DNA of 64,000 nucleotides from NCBI GenBank assembly GCA_044892525.1, contig CM097886.1:81654001-81718000 (forward strand), read 5' to 3'. The notes below the pieces were generated by a model, which saw nothing but the letters and a program-made list of their open reading frames with translations, searched no databases and was not told where the DNA came from. Shown here in pieces: positions 11,275 to 25,920 of the stretch (positions within the stretch are counted from its first letter, which is position 1; each line of letters begins with the position of its first letter). Position numbers and translations under genes: made by a program. The stretch comes from Schmidtea polychroa (taxonomy: Eukaryota).

Positions 11275-11684
11275 CTAAAATATTTGTGAAAGTCTAGCAG
11301 ACATAATTTTCCAAATAGGAGAATATACATCATTATTATCAACTTTATATCCCTGGATTGCAATAGTTATATACCAATTTTCATTTCTTTGAAACTGATT
11401 TCATCAAAAGCATCATAAAATTTTGCATATCTATTGTTGAACCACGCATGTTGATTACACGATAGATTCGAATCTACCCGTTTAAAAACATCATCAATTG
11501 TTTTGACATCAATCATTGAAAGCGTGCCGGATAAGAATTGAAATTTAGTTGGAATTAGCTTGACTGGTGCAACCAATTTCATATTGATTTCTTCTTTCAA
11601 AAAATACATTTTGTAGTTATGGAACATTTGAACTGGTTGTACCATTTCTTTAGGTTTTTTGGTGCATGAAATTTCCTTGGTCAT
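11275..11684 (-). pseudogene. Ortholog of 2645..3064, frameshifted near the C-terminus
   Basis: High identity to the copy A ORF; frame breaks at KEMKIGI. Confidence 0.7.
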
Positions 11685-11861
11685 AGTGAATAATGATGAA
11701 ATTGAAATGTTACAGGGTCTTTATACCTTTGACTCATGCCTATCAACCAATCAGATTATAGCATGTCTTTGTTTAAATTTGCATGTCATTTGCATTAATG
11801 TTGCATTTATGTTCTATTAATGTGACATATTATTATAAATGTTTTATTATTAATGTTTTAT

Positions 11862-12024
11862 NNNNNNNNNNNNNNNNNNNNNNNNNNNNNNNNNNNNNNN
11901 NNNNNNNNNNNNNNNNNNNNNNNNNNNNNNNNNNNNNNNNNNNNNNNNNNNNNNNNNNNNNNNNNNNNNNNNNNNNNNNNNNNNNNNNNNNNNNNNNNNN
12001 NNNNNNNNNNNNNNNNNNNNNNNN
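11862..12024. other. Assembly gap (further gaps at 14674-14819, 30932-31069, 51149-51308)
   Basis: Runs of N. Confidence 1.
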
Positions 12025-12046
12025 AAAAAACACACAAAAAATACAT

Positions 12047-12464
12047 TTATTGATATCCTAAATCAACCATCCGGGAGTAGTGAAACCTTCTCAGAGTTTT
12101 CACTAACTCCCATTCGACATATCGCCGATATCGATCGGCACAGCATGAACATCCGAACATACATTGATACTCCGGCTCCATTTGATTCATGGTTCTATTA
12201 ATCTTGATATCCCATAAGGATTGATGGAATACCTCCATGATTCTAATTTGAGTGGAATAGAAAATCAAATCTGGAATTATTTCTGGTTCTCTGTCTTTGA
12301 TTATTTCCGCAATTTGAGGATAATAATATTTTATCCTATTGAGCATTACTTCTAAATATTTTTCTAAAATAATAAATATAAAAAAATGTGAAAATAAAAA
12401 TTTTAAATTTACCATAGTCGTTAATATCTTTCATTAAATTTGCTGCGCTTGGTATTTTGTACAT
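12047..12464 (-). CDS. Spliced accessory protein with CMFGCSCC motif (intron 12364-12412)
   Basis: MYKIPSAANLMKDINDY-E-KYLEVML; 49-nt phase-1 intron in the same position as in copy A. Confidence 0.72.
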
Positions 12465-12538
12465 GTTGTTGAATAAATGAATCCTAAACAAAAAACCGTT
12501 TGTTTAAATCAATCAATAACCAATTAGAAATTAACCAA

Positions 12539-12976
12539 TTAGAAATCGACCAATGAAATTATCTCATTTCGAACATTGTCAACAAATTCTCTATACTCCA
12601 AATTTCTCAACCCCAACATGACAACCTTTCCACTAGCAAACACGTTGACACATATAGGGTTATATTTTAATAGTCTTAGTGCCGGAAACAATTCCGGTTC
12701 AAACATACAATCACATTTTTTCGACATGTTATATAGATTGATACTATGTCCCATATCCATAGTAACGGTAATTGATTGGATTATAATATTATTTATTCGA
12801 TATTGTAATTTATTAATATCCAAAGGTTTCTTACATCCCATGATTCTGCATTTGCCTGTCTTGAAAAATATTATCGGATATTTCCCGCTTCTATCGATAA
12901 TTTGCTGGGGTTTCCTTGGTGGGAACCTCATATTCGATACATCAAAATTTCCTCGATAATTTATATTTGCTAACAT
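12539..12976 (-). CDS. Compact TBP-like protein (copy B), intact
   Basis: IIFFKTGKCRIMG and FEPELFPAL...VFASGKVVMLG repeats; 145 aa. Confidence 0.82.
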   Translation of the reverse strand: MLANINYRGNFDVSNMRFPPRKPQQIIDRSGKYPIIFFKTGKCRIMGCKKPLDINKLQYRINNIIIQSITVTMDMGHSINLYNMSKKCDCMFEPELFPALRLLKYNPICVNVFASGKVVMLGLRNLEYREFVDNVRNEIISLVDF

Positions 12977-13075
12977 TATTAAATCATTTATGAAAGTTAG
13001 TCTTTATATACAAATTGAGCACGAGTTCATTAAATCATCGAATATAAACAAATACACATTTATAAAATTTTTGAA

Positions 13076-13702
13076 ATGGAATTAAGAAATGATGCAGTAG
13101 ACCAAATCGTTGGTCCGAGTGGTAGTGGAAAAACATTATTTGTTTGTAAATTACTAAAATCAAATTTATTCAAATCAAAATTCAACAGGATTTATTGGCA
13201 TAGGGGTGCTGATGAAGAACATGGATTAACTCAATCAAGTTTCTGTAAATTAAAAGACATGAAAATAGTAAAGGGATTCGATAAAAACTGGTCCAGCCGA
13301 TTAAAGAAAGGTGATGTCATTATTATCGATGATTTGTATCAAGAAGCTAATAAAGAAAAAGATTTTAATAATTTATTTACAAAGATCAGCAGACATGTCG
13401 GTGTAACAGTTATTTTCATAACACAAAATCTATTTCATCAAGGTGGGGCACATCGAACACGTAATTTAAATGTACAATATTTAGTTATTTTCAAGAATCC
13501 TAGAGATGCAACAGTGATTGATTTTCTTGTACGTCAAGCATACCCTAACAATCGTAATTTTCTTATCAGTGCATTTTAAGATGCTACAAAAATACCTCAT
13601 GGATATATATTTCTTGATTTCACACAACAATGTCCCGATGATTTACGAGTAAAAACAGATATTTTCAACCCAAAAGGGGCCATGGTTTATAAACAAAGTT
13701 GA
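13076..13702 (+). pseudogene. Packaging ATPase with a nonsense codon at 13577-13579
   Basis: 11 differences over the first 167 aa versus copy A; the frame resumes after TAA (CAA in copy A). Confidence 0.9.
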
Positions 13703-13720
13703 AATCCTCTATGAATAATA

Positions 13721-14242
13721 ATGTTTCTAAAAGCAAGGGTGAAAAATATTAGGAAATTAAGAAAAAGTATTAAAGTTCCAAAAGTTCCACCAACAAATAG
13801 TTATACACCATCTAAAAAACTTGTAACTGAAAATTTCTCTGCAATGAATCTTATTTCGAAAAATCCTAAACCTAAACGTAAACCCCGTAAAAACCGTAAA
13901 ACCGGTAAAAAAGTAGTTAAAAATCATCGAAGTTTTCCATTTTTTAATGCATTGTTAAAGGCCCCGAGTATGAAAAGAATGAATATATTGCAATCATTCC
14001 CAAATTTTGTTGTCGATGATTTACTCAATATTATACTTAAAGTAGTCAAAAGCAAAATTAAAATCAGTAAATCAAAAAAGCATTTATTGAGCAAACATAG
14101 GAAACCATTGTTATCTTTAGTAAATAATAAAAATCGTAAGCAAATGAGGAAAATTATATATAAACAACAAGGTGGATTTATTGGTGCATTGATACCTCTG
14201 GCATTATCATTATTAGGTGGAGTTGTAGGAAATCAATCATAA
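13721..14242 (+). CDS. Lys-rich putative core protein with GG|F amphipathic tail
   Basis: Ends KQQGGFIGALIPLALSLLGGVVG. Confidence 0.65.
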   Translation: MFLKARVKNIRKLRKSIKVPKVPPTNSYTPSKKLVTENFSAMNLISKNPKPKRKPRKNRKTGKKVVKNHRSFPFFNALLKAPSMKRMNILQSFPNFVVDDLLNIILKVVKSKIKISKSKKHLLSKHRKPLLSLVNNKNRKQMRKIIYKQQGGFIGALIPLALSLLGGVVGNQS

Positions 14243-14303
14243 ACAATGGGTGCTAATCCTTCATTGCCCGACATTAAATTTAATATTAAATCTTCTTGTT
14301 GTA

Positions 14304-14924
14304 ATGGAGAAGATTTGGACGAACCCAGAGGACGAAGCCGGTTTCGGTGGAGTGGCAAAATTAAAGAAAAGAGTTCCGAATTCGAAAAAAGAAACCCAGA
14401 AGTGGTTATCAGATCAGCTTGCGTACAGTTTGAACAAACCAATGCGGAAAAGATTTCCAACAAGAGCGTATAAAACATTCGGTATTGACGATTTATGGCA
14501 AATGGATTTGATGGAGATGATACCGTATTCGAAAATTAACAATGGGAATAAATATATTTTAACATGTATTAATGTATACAGCAGGTTTGCACGAGCAATA
14601 CCAGTCAAGGCAAAATCTGCAGAAGAAATGTCCAAGGCAATTAATATTTTATTTAAAGATGGACATCCTAATANNNNNNNNNNNNNNNNNNNNNNNNNNN
14701 NNNNNNNNNNNNNNNNNNNNNNNNNNNNNNNNNNNNNNNNNNNNNNNNNNNNNNNNNNNNNNNNNNNNNNNNNNNNNNNNNNNNNNNNNNNNNNNNNNNN
14801 NNNNNNNNNNNNNNNNNNNAATAGTAAAGTTAAGCAAATCCTCGATAAACTGAAAATAAATCACTACTCGGTACATTCTCAATACAAAGCTGCTTATGTT
14901 GAAAGATTTAATCGAACATTGAGA
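14304..14924 (+). pseudogene. Maverick integrase, 5' portion
   Basis: WQMDL (first catalytic D), LTCINVYSR (D to N versus the usual CIDVFS), AAYVERFNRTL; broken at 14924 by the retro insertion. Confidence 0.9.
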
Positions 14925-17900
14925 ATATTTTCTAATTCATCTGCTGTAACTTGGTCTCCTTTATCAAAATCTTTGTCTAATAGTTCGGTATTATTTTTTA
15001 TAAATTCAGAATAATTATTCTCGTTTTCCTTGACTCGATTTTGCTCTATTCCATCTTGATTTATAATATCGTTAGATTGTAAATTCTCACATTCATTGCT
15101 TTCACTATCTCCATCTTCGCTAGCATTTTTGTTTTCATGTGTTTCATCATTTTCATCCTATTCTTTAATATAATCCATTTCTTCAGAATTATCTACATCA
15201 TGAATAATCATTTCTCCGTCGTTTAAAATTTCCGTTACCGCAAAATAACTCTGAGCCAAATGCGAACATCTTGGAGCTTGATTTCTTGCAATCCTACCAA
15301 GACATGTCCATCCGAGGGGCGTCAACCTTGCAATTGGTTCATGCTTTGCTCCTGTTACTTCGCGAATAGATCGATGTAGATATGGGTAATCCGAACCAAT
15401 CAATACATCAATCTGCGTCCTTGTATTCATAACCGGGAAGTTGATATATCGCAGATGCTTCCATTTCGCCGATAACTTCCTCCAGTTTCACATTCCCATG
15501 TCTCCAGTGACCTTTTTTACCACCAGGACGTTCAAATTTACCTTTAAATTGTTATTGTTACTTGCCAATAATACCGTCACGGGCTTCGTTTCCAACATTT
15601 GTGATTGTCCACCAATCACGCCAACTGGAGTGCTTTGCCACTGTCCTCCCAACCCCAGTTCTTGCGGCGCCCAATCGCTAATATAGCTAACATTGCTTGC
15701 GTCGTCTAGCAATGCGTTGATCTTGACCTCCTTTCCTTTATTAATCAACTTTGCTGTAATCGTTCGTAAAGGAACATACATCTTCTTCCTCTGTGTATCT
15801 TGAACCGTCATCATTGATGTGTTCTCATTGCTCGGCTCTTGATCTCCATCAACTTTGTTCTCTGAGCCATGGAGCAAATTATGATGCTTTCGAGTACAAT
15901 CTCTGTCCTTACAAAAGCTCGGTTTTTCGCATTCTCTAACCATGTGAGCTGTTGTAAGACAATTGTAACAAAGCCGCTTCTTGGTCACAAATTCATTTCG
16001 TTGCTTAACAGTCAGCTTTAGAAACTCTGAGCATTTATTTAAATAATGTTCTGAACCACATTTCACACAAATTGGTTCCTTTTTTCGAGCAATGCTAACC
16101 TCTATCTTGCGCCTACTATCCGTTAACTTCGTGCCCCTATTCGCATTTCCGAAGTTAGTTGTTGGGGCGACAGTTCTACCTTTTGCCCGCCCTTCTCCAA
16201 ACAGAATGCTCATTGCTTGCCGATGCCTATTAGCTTCCGTTTTGATCCACTCGGCTAGCGTTTGCACATTTCCCTCTCTCCCCGAATCACAATGGCGTGA
16301 CCACTGAATCAGCATGGTCTCTGGCAGTTTCTTCAGCAGTTGGTGATACAACATCCCGTTGTTCAACTCGCCTTCCCTCTTCTGATCCTTGAAATTCAGG
16401 ATGAGGTTTCCTAGCAGCTCTTCAAACCGCTCTAGGTCCTCCAAGACGTTGAGCCTCACTGGGAAGAACCTCTGCACCGCATCCAGCATCATGGAATAGG
16501 ATCTTTCTGGTCCCCCATACCTTTCATCGAGTAATTTTATCGCCGCCTCGAAAGCCTGCGATCCATATCCAATATAGGCAATTAATTGCAGCGGCTTCCC
16601 TTCCAAGTACTGTCTCAGGTACAAGTACTTTCTTTCACTCGGCTCATCCGTGTCCTCGATGCAGGCTCTCACAATTGCCCTCCATCCAGGATATTCTATT
16701 ACCTTTCCATTAAAGATCGGCAGCTGCAAGGGTTTCAAACCCATTATGCACTTCTGTTTCTCATTGGGCTCTTCGCTCCTAAATGATTTTTCTGTGCCCT
16801 TCCGCGACTCCACTCTAAAACTCTCTTCCTTCTGCGTGAGGACCAGATAACCGATTCTGCTGAAATCCTCTTCTAATCGTCTTAGATCTGCCTCAATTTC
16901 CTTTTCTTCTTTCTCCCGCCCTAACTCCCGAGCATTATTCCTCAGCTCCTCCAATTCGTTGATCACTTCCTCATACTTATCTTCGTATGCCTCCATTCTC
17001 CTTTGATCTTCCCCAGGGTCCGATCCATCTCCTAAGGCCCGGTTACGTAGACGCCCTAACGAAATCTTCCACCCGGTTCGTCTCTTGTAACCTGCCTCGA
17101 ACTCCGCATCTGATACTGGACTTCCCCCTGCCAGCCACAAAACCAGATGTACCGTGGCTTCTTTCCTAACGTTATAATCTAACAACGTTAAGCCATCTTT
17201 TAATACTCTCCATGCAAATTTAAGTCTTTGTCGCCCTGGGGGTATCCCTTCTTTTTCTTGAATTTTAGCCTTTACATTTTCAATAGTATCACTTGATTCT
17301 ACTTCCAAAGTTATTGTTTTTCCAGTCAATGTCTTCACGAATATTTGCATTACACCCCTCGATCGCAAAACTAAACGCAAAGTAGACTCCTTTTGAATAT
17401 TATAATCAGATAATGTTCGCCCATCTTCTAATTGTTTTCCCGCGCAAATTAATCGTTGCTGGTCAGGTGGACTACCTTCTTTATCTTGTATTTTCGCTTT
17501 TACATTTCCTATCGTGTCACTAGATTCAACTTCGAGAGTAATTGTCTTTATTCGAAATAGACTCGGTGGAGTCGGCTCTATGTGGCAACAAAATTTCACA
17601 GCATTGAATGATCTGTTCGAAATCATAATTTACATAAACATCATCACTTAAGTCATAATCCGATTTCATAAAGTCTAAGTTTGATTTTATCACATCGCTC
17701 GTTATAGTAGAAGAAATTCTTCCTGTAGTTACAATGCATAAATATCTCGTTCCCTTTGCTAATTGAACTCCTGATGGATTGAGACTCGCAATATTGCGTA
17801 ACTTGTAAATCATAGATCCGTCAACATCAACCACAGATGAGGCAATATATTGAATTTTGTTATCATCTAATAAATTCCAAAACAATTTTGTATTAGAAAG

Positions 17901-18360
17901 CATTTCTACAGAAGATTGTAGAAGATTACATTTGACCACGAGGAGCGCAAACTCACAATTTGCTGTCCAATTATTTGACAATACAGAAGGGTAATTAATA
18001 TCTTTCTTAAAAACATCTCAAAATCTTCAGGATTGGCACAATTCTCAATTTTGCTATCAGAATCATCACTAAAATGATATTTCATCCATGAAATAAACGC
18101 CATTTCAACAAAGGAACTTGTTCCAGCACCGAAAGCTCTTTTTAAACTTCCACCAAATTTTCTGCCATTTTCAATGAATTCACTGGTTTCATCGAAATAA
18201 GAAATAAGATCTTGGCTTGGAACATCATAAGCTTTAATAAATTTGTAATCAAATTCTTCTTCTTCAACTGAAGGATCACATTTCACACCTGAAGCCATTT
18301 TTACAACGGAACTTAAATCCAACTTCTCGAATTTCCCTTTTTAAACAAAAACACCAATTC
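14925..18360 (-). mobile_element. Chimeric, truncated Bel/Pao derivative (element 3): LTR1 part / LTR2 part / Ub-Ub-Gag-PR / acidic segment
   Basis: Pieces align to element 1 (18373-23252) and element 2 LTRs; PBS deleted. Confidence 0.85.
15158..17626 (-). pseudogene. Ubiquitin(partial)-ubiquitin-Gag-zinc knuckles-aspartic protease, Bel/Pao
   Basis: Ub1 from K11 (17351-17548), Ub2 17123-17350, Bel Gag (LPIFNG...YLRQYLEG), CxxC..H..C knuckles, LLDDAS protease, [16 protein letters not shown]. In-frame TGA at 15488. Confidence 0.88.
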
Positions 18361-18372
18361 CAATGTTCTTTA

Positions 18373-22233
<3,861 letters not shown>

Positions 22234-22275
22234 TTGGGTGGTTGATCCGCTAGAAGGGATCAAGGAGGGGGGAAA

Positions 22276-23252
22276 TGTTTCGACCAGTCAGAGGGGGATT
22301 GCCTCTGACTGGCATTTATTCGGTTTCTTTTTCTATCGCGTCTGTGTGCGCGGTCTGGTTAGACCGAATATTGTTGGTGTGCGCACACAGACGCGAGCAA
22401 TGGATTGAGATTGTAGGTAATTGTTAATTGTGTGTTTTTTTATTGAATTGATTGTTATTTTGATTTTAATTAGTTGGTAGAAATTCGAGAATTGGTTTTT
22501 GTTTAAAAAAGGGAAATTCGAGAAGTTGGAATTTAAGTTCCTTTGTAAAAATGGCTTCAGGTGTGAAATGTGATCCTTCAGTTGAAGAAGAAGAATTTGA
22601 TTACAAATTTATTAAAGCTTATGATGTTCCAAGCCAAGATCTTATTTCTTATTTCGATGAAACCAGTGAATTCATTGAAAATGGCAGAAAATTTGGTGGA
22701 ATATCAAGAAGTGGAATTATTTTGACGGCTTATTTAATGAAACATTTTAAAGTTGGTCCAAACGAGGCGATTGAGACAATTAAGGAAAAGTCATTTATAT
22801 GTCCAAATGATGGATTCATGAAACAATTAAAGATATATTTCAACGTGAATTGTAGTGGTGATTACAAAAGTGATGAGTACAAACAATTTATCCGCTTATT
22901 TTCTCCAGATGAAATCAACAAATGCGCAAATACAGTTTCTCAAGCTCAATTTAATTCATCAGCATCTTCAAATCGAATTGTTGGCAACACGGAAATCAGG
23001 AATTATTCAATTGAAGAATTATCCAACCGATTTTCTCAGTTGTCCGAATTATATGACTATCTGGGTACTTTGACGTTTATTTCTTGGATACCAGAAACAA
23101 TGAAAGCTTCGAAAGCAATAAATGAAAGCACAATTTGCAATGAGGAAATACTTATCGAAGCTCTTCCTTGGATTGATAGCAGCAATGCAGACGGGGAAAT
23201 GAAAATGACAGTGTTAAAGAATAAAATTTTAATGACTTATTTGGATCTTATT
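22276..23252 (+). repeat. 3' LTR of element 1 (terminal CA missing); contains the cargo ORF starting at 22551
   Basis: Follows the PPT; the cargo ORF differs from the 5' copy by two amino acids. Confidence 0.9.
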
Positions 23253-24166
23253 AACCGAATTGAACGAATAACAATTTTATTTGAAATAGACTCGATGGAA
23301 TCGGCTCTGTGTGGCAACAAAATTTCACAGCATTGAATGATCTGTTCGAAATCATAATTTACATAAACATCATCACTTAAGTCATAATCCGATTTCATAA
23401 AGTCTAAGTTTGATTTTATCACATCGCTCGTTATAGTAGAAGAAATTCTTCCTGTAGTTACAATGCATAAATATCTCGTTCCCTTTGCTAATTGAACTCC
23501 TGATGGATTGAGACTCGCAATATTGCGTAACTTGTAAATCATAGATCCGTCAACATCAACCATAGATGAGGCAATATATTGAGTTTTGTTATCATCTAAT
23601 AAATTCCAAAACAATTTTGTATTAGAAGGCATTTCTACAGAAGATTGTAGTAGATTACATTTGACCACGAGGAGCGCAAACTCACAATTTGCTGTCCGAT
23701 TATTTGACAATACAGAAGGGTAATTAATATTTGATGGAATTTTTCTTAAAAACATCTCAAAATCTTCAGGATTGGCACAAATCTCAATTTTGCTATCAGA
23801 ATCATCACTAAAATGATATTTCATCCATGAAATAAACGCCATTTTAACAAAGGAACTTGTTCCAGAACCGAAAGCCCTTTTTAAACTTCCACCAATAACA
23901 AACCAATTTAAAACAAATCAATTCGAATTAAAAATCCAGAATTTCTGCCAAAAACCATTTATCATATAAAAATTAACAATTAATCAAAACCTACTTCTCG
24001 CGTCTGTGTGCGCACACCAACAAGAATCGGTCTAACCAGACCGCGCACACAGACGCGATAGAAAAAAGCCAAACCACACCCACAACTATATGCGTCTGTG
24101 TGCGCCCACAGCCAACAACACAAGGATAGTAAAAGGCGCACACAGACCCGAACATCGAATTAAACA
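23250..24166 (-). repeat. 3' LTR of element 2, containing an unidentified ~198-aa cargo ORF (ATG 23842)
   Basis: Starts TGTTTAATT after the PPT; near-identical to 30033-30931. Confidence 0.9.
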
Positions 24167-25920
24167 TCCTCCCCCCCTTGACCCTTTGGTGTCAATCTCA
24201 CATCCCCATTAACTTTTCCTTCTTTTGTGATCAAGCATAATTTAGATATGCATCTTAATACCTCCTTTCCTTCACATTTTATCCTCATCACGCGTAGCTT
24301 TCCGTCTTCTCCCGGTATCACTTCGATTACTCTCCCCATTGGCCACTTCCCATACTCATTCCTTTTGTCTAAAACCCACACTGTTGACCCTGTCTTGACA
24401 TCATCTTCTATCTTATTCCATTTCGCCCTTTGCCGCCAGCACGGGACCAATTCTTTCATCCATCGCCGCCAGAAGTGCTCGGTTAACTCCTGAATTCGTC
24501 TCCACCGAAACACCGTACATGACATTTTCTTCCCTTCTATATTTTCCACAGCTTCTCCTTTCCAACCGGCAATTAATAAATGATTTGGAGTTAGCACAGC
24601 GTCTTCCTTACTGTCTACTGCCTGAACCACTAAGGGCCGAGAATTTATCAACATTTCAGCCTTTGTCAAAACATTTCCCAATTCTTCGTCGGTCACATCT
24701 GCACTTGTCAGTATGGCATTCATAGCTCGCTTTGCCGATTTGATCATGGACTCAAAAACTCCCCCAAAATGCGGTGCTGATGGAGGATTGAAGATCCAAC
24801 TACATTGATGCTTCGACAACTCTCTTTGAGTTTTATAGTTGTCGATTACAAAATTCTTTACTGTAGAAGTGGCGCCTATGAAATTTGTGCCATTGTCTGA
24901 GATCATCAATTTTGGCATCCCCCGCCTCGCTGCAAACCTCATAAACGCTCGAATGAATGAGTCTGTGTCCAACCCATATGCCATTTCAATATGCACCGCC
25001 CGTGACTTTAAACATACGAATAGGCAAATGTACCTTTTATTTCTCACCTTTCCTCTGCCTACTTTAGTTTCAAACGGTCCTGCAAAATCTACTGCCGAGT
25101 GAACAAAGGCTCTAAAAGGTTCTGAAACCCTGAACGCCGGTAACGGTGCCATTATTTGACTCATTCCTTTAGCTTTTCTTTTTCTACACATTCCGCAATC
25201 TGTCTCACATTGTTTGATCATTACTTTGGCCTTCAAAATCCAATATTTTTCGTTCAACACACTTAAGACATGTTGAGTTCCTGCATAATGGCTCAAACTT
25301 TCATGGCAATCTTTGATGATTAGTCTGGTGACCCAACTCTTGTCCGATAGAATTATTGGATATTTTGTCTCCCATGGTAAATTCTTTGCATGAATTATGC
25401 GGCTATTACTTCGTAACACAGTCATCTCATCTAAAACTGGTGTCAACTTTAACAAACGGCTTCTGATATCTACCCTTTCATTCTTGATAAGTCGTGCCAG
25501 GTCCTCAGAGAAAAACTTCGCCTGCTCTCCTTTAATTACATTGAGTTCCATTCTTTTAAGCTCCTCAGTTGTCAGTTGCCCTGTGGTTCTTTGGGACTGT
25601 GTCGTTCTCGTGTTCAAAATAAATCGCTTCACCCAGGCCCGCACCCTGATCAATCTCTGCCATGAGGAAAAGGTTTCTACTTTGAAACAGTCCGTGTTCC
25701 CTATTCGTCTTTGCCCCTCTACACACGCCATCATTGTTATTCCCTTTCGCAACTCCTTTGTTACACTGGATTGGTTTAACTCCGTCGCTGGCCAATTTCC
25801 CATTGGTTCTAGTAGAAATTTCGGTCCCTCCCACCACATGGTGCTGTTTATCAAATCCGATGCCGATAATCCTCTTGTGATCAAATCCGATGGATTTTCA
25901 CTTGTTGGAACATAATGCCA
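24160..25920 (-). CDS. Bel/Pao RNase H C-terminus and integrase
   Basis: WHYVPTSENPSDLITRG, HHCC zinc finger, VDFAGPF, SDNGTNF, PHFGGVFE; same frame as the upstream pol, separated by TAA at 25921-25923. Confidence 0.93.
   Translation of the reverse strand, partial: WHYVPTSENPSDLITRGLSASDLINSTMWWEGPKFLLEPMGNWPATELNQSSVTKELRKGITMMACVEGQRRIGNTDCFKVETFSSWQRLIRVRAWVKRFILNTRTTQSQRTTGQLTTEELKRMELNVIKGEQAKFFSEDLARLIKNERVDIRSRLLKLTPVLDEMTVLRSNSRIIHAKNLPWETKYPIILSDKSWVTRLIIKDCHESLSHYAGTQHVLSVLNEKYWILKAKVMIKQCETDCGMCRKRKAKGMSQIMAPLPAFRVSEPFRAFVHSAVDFAGPFETKVGRGKVRNKRYICLFVCLKSRAVHIEMAYGLDTDSFIRAFMRFAARRGMPKLMISDNGTNFIGATSTVKNFVIDNYKTQRELSKHQCSWIFNPPSAPHFGGVFESMIKSAKRAMNAILTSADVTDEELGNVLTKAEMLINSRPLVVQAVDSKEDAVLTPNHLLIAGWKGEAVENIEGKKMSCTVFRWRRIQELTEHFWRRWMKELVPCWRQRAKWNKIEDDVKTGSTVWVLDKRNEYGKWPMGRVIEVIPGEDGKLRVMRIKCEGKEVLRCISKLCLITKEGKVNGDVRLTPKGQGGEDV

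Noticed and set aside
11783-12061. ORF-track entries made mostly of X (also around 14572-14882 and 30872-31132)
   Set aside because: Artefacts of translating N gaps.
1-14924. Copies A and B as the two arms of one giant inverted repeat or single element
   Set aside because: Accessory genes are far too diverged for TIRs, each has its own lesions, and unrelated elements lie between them.
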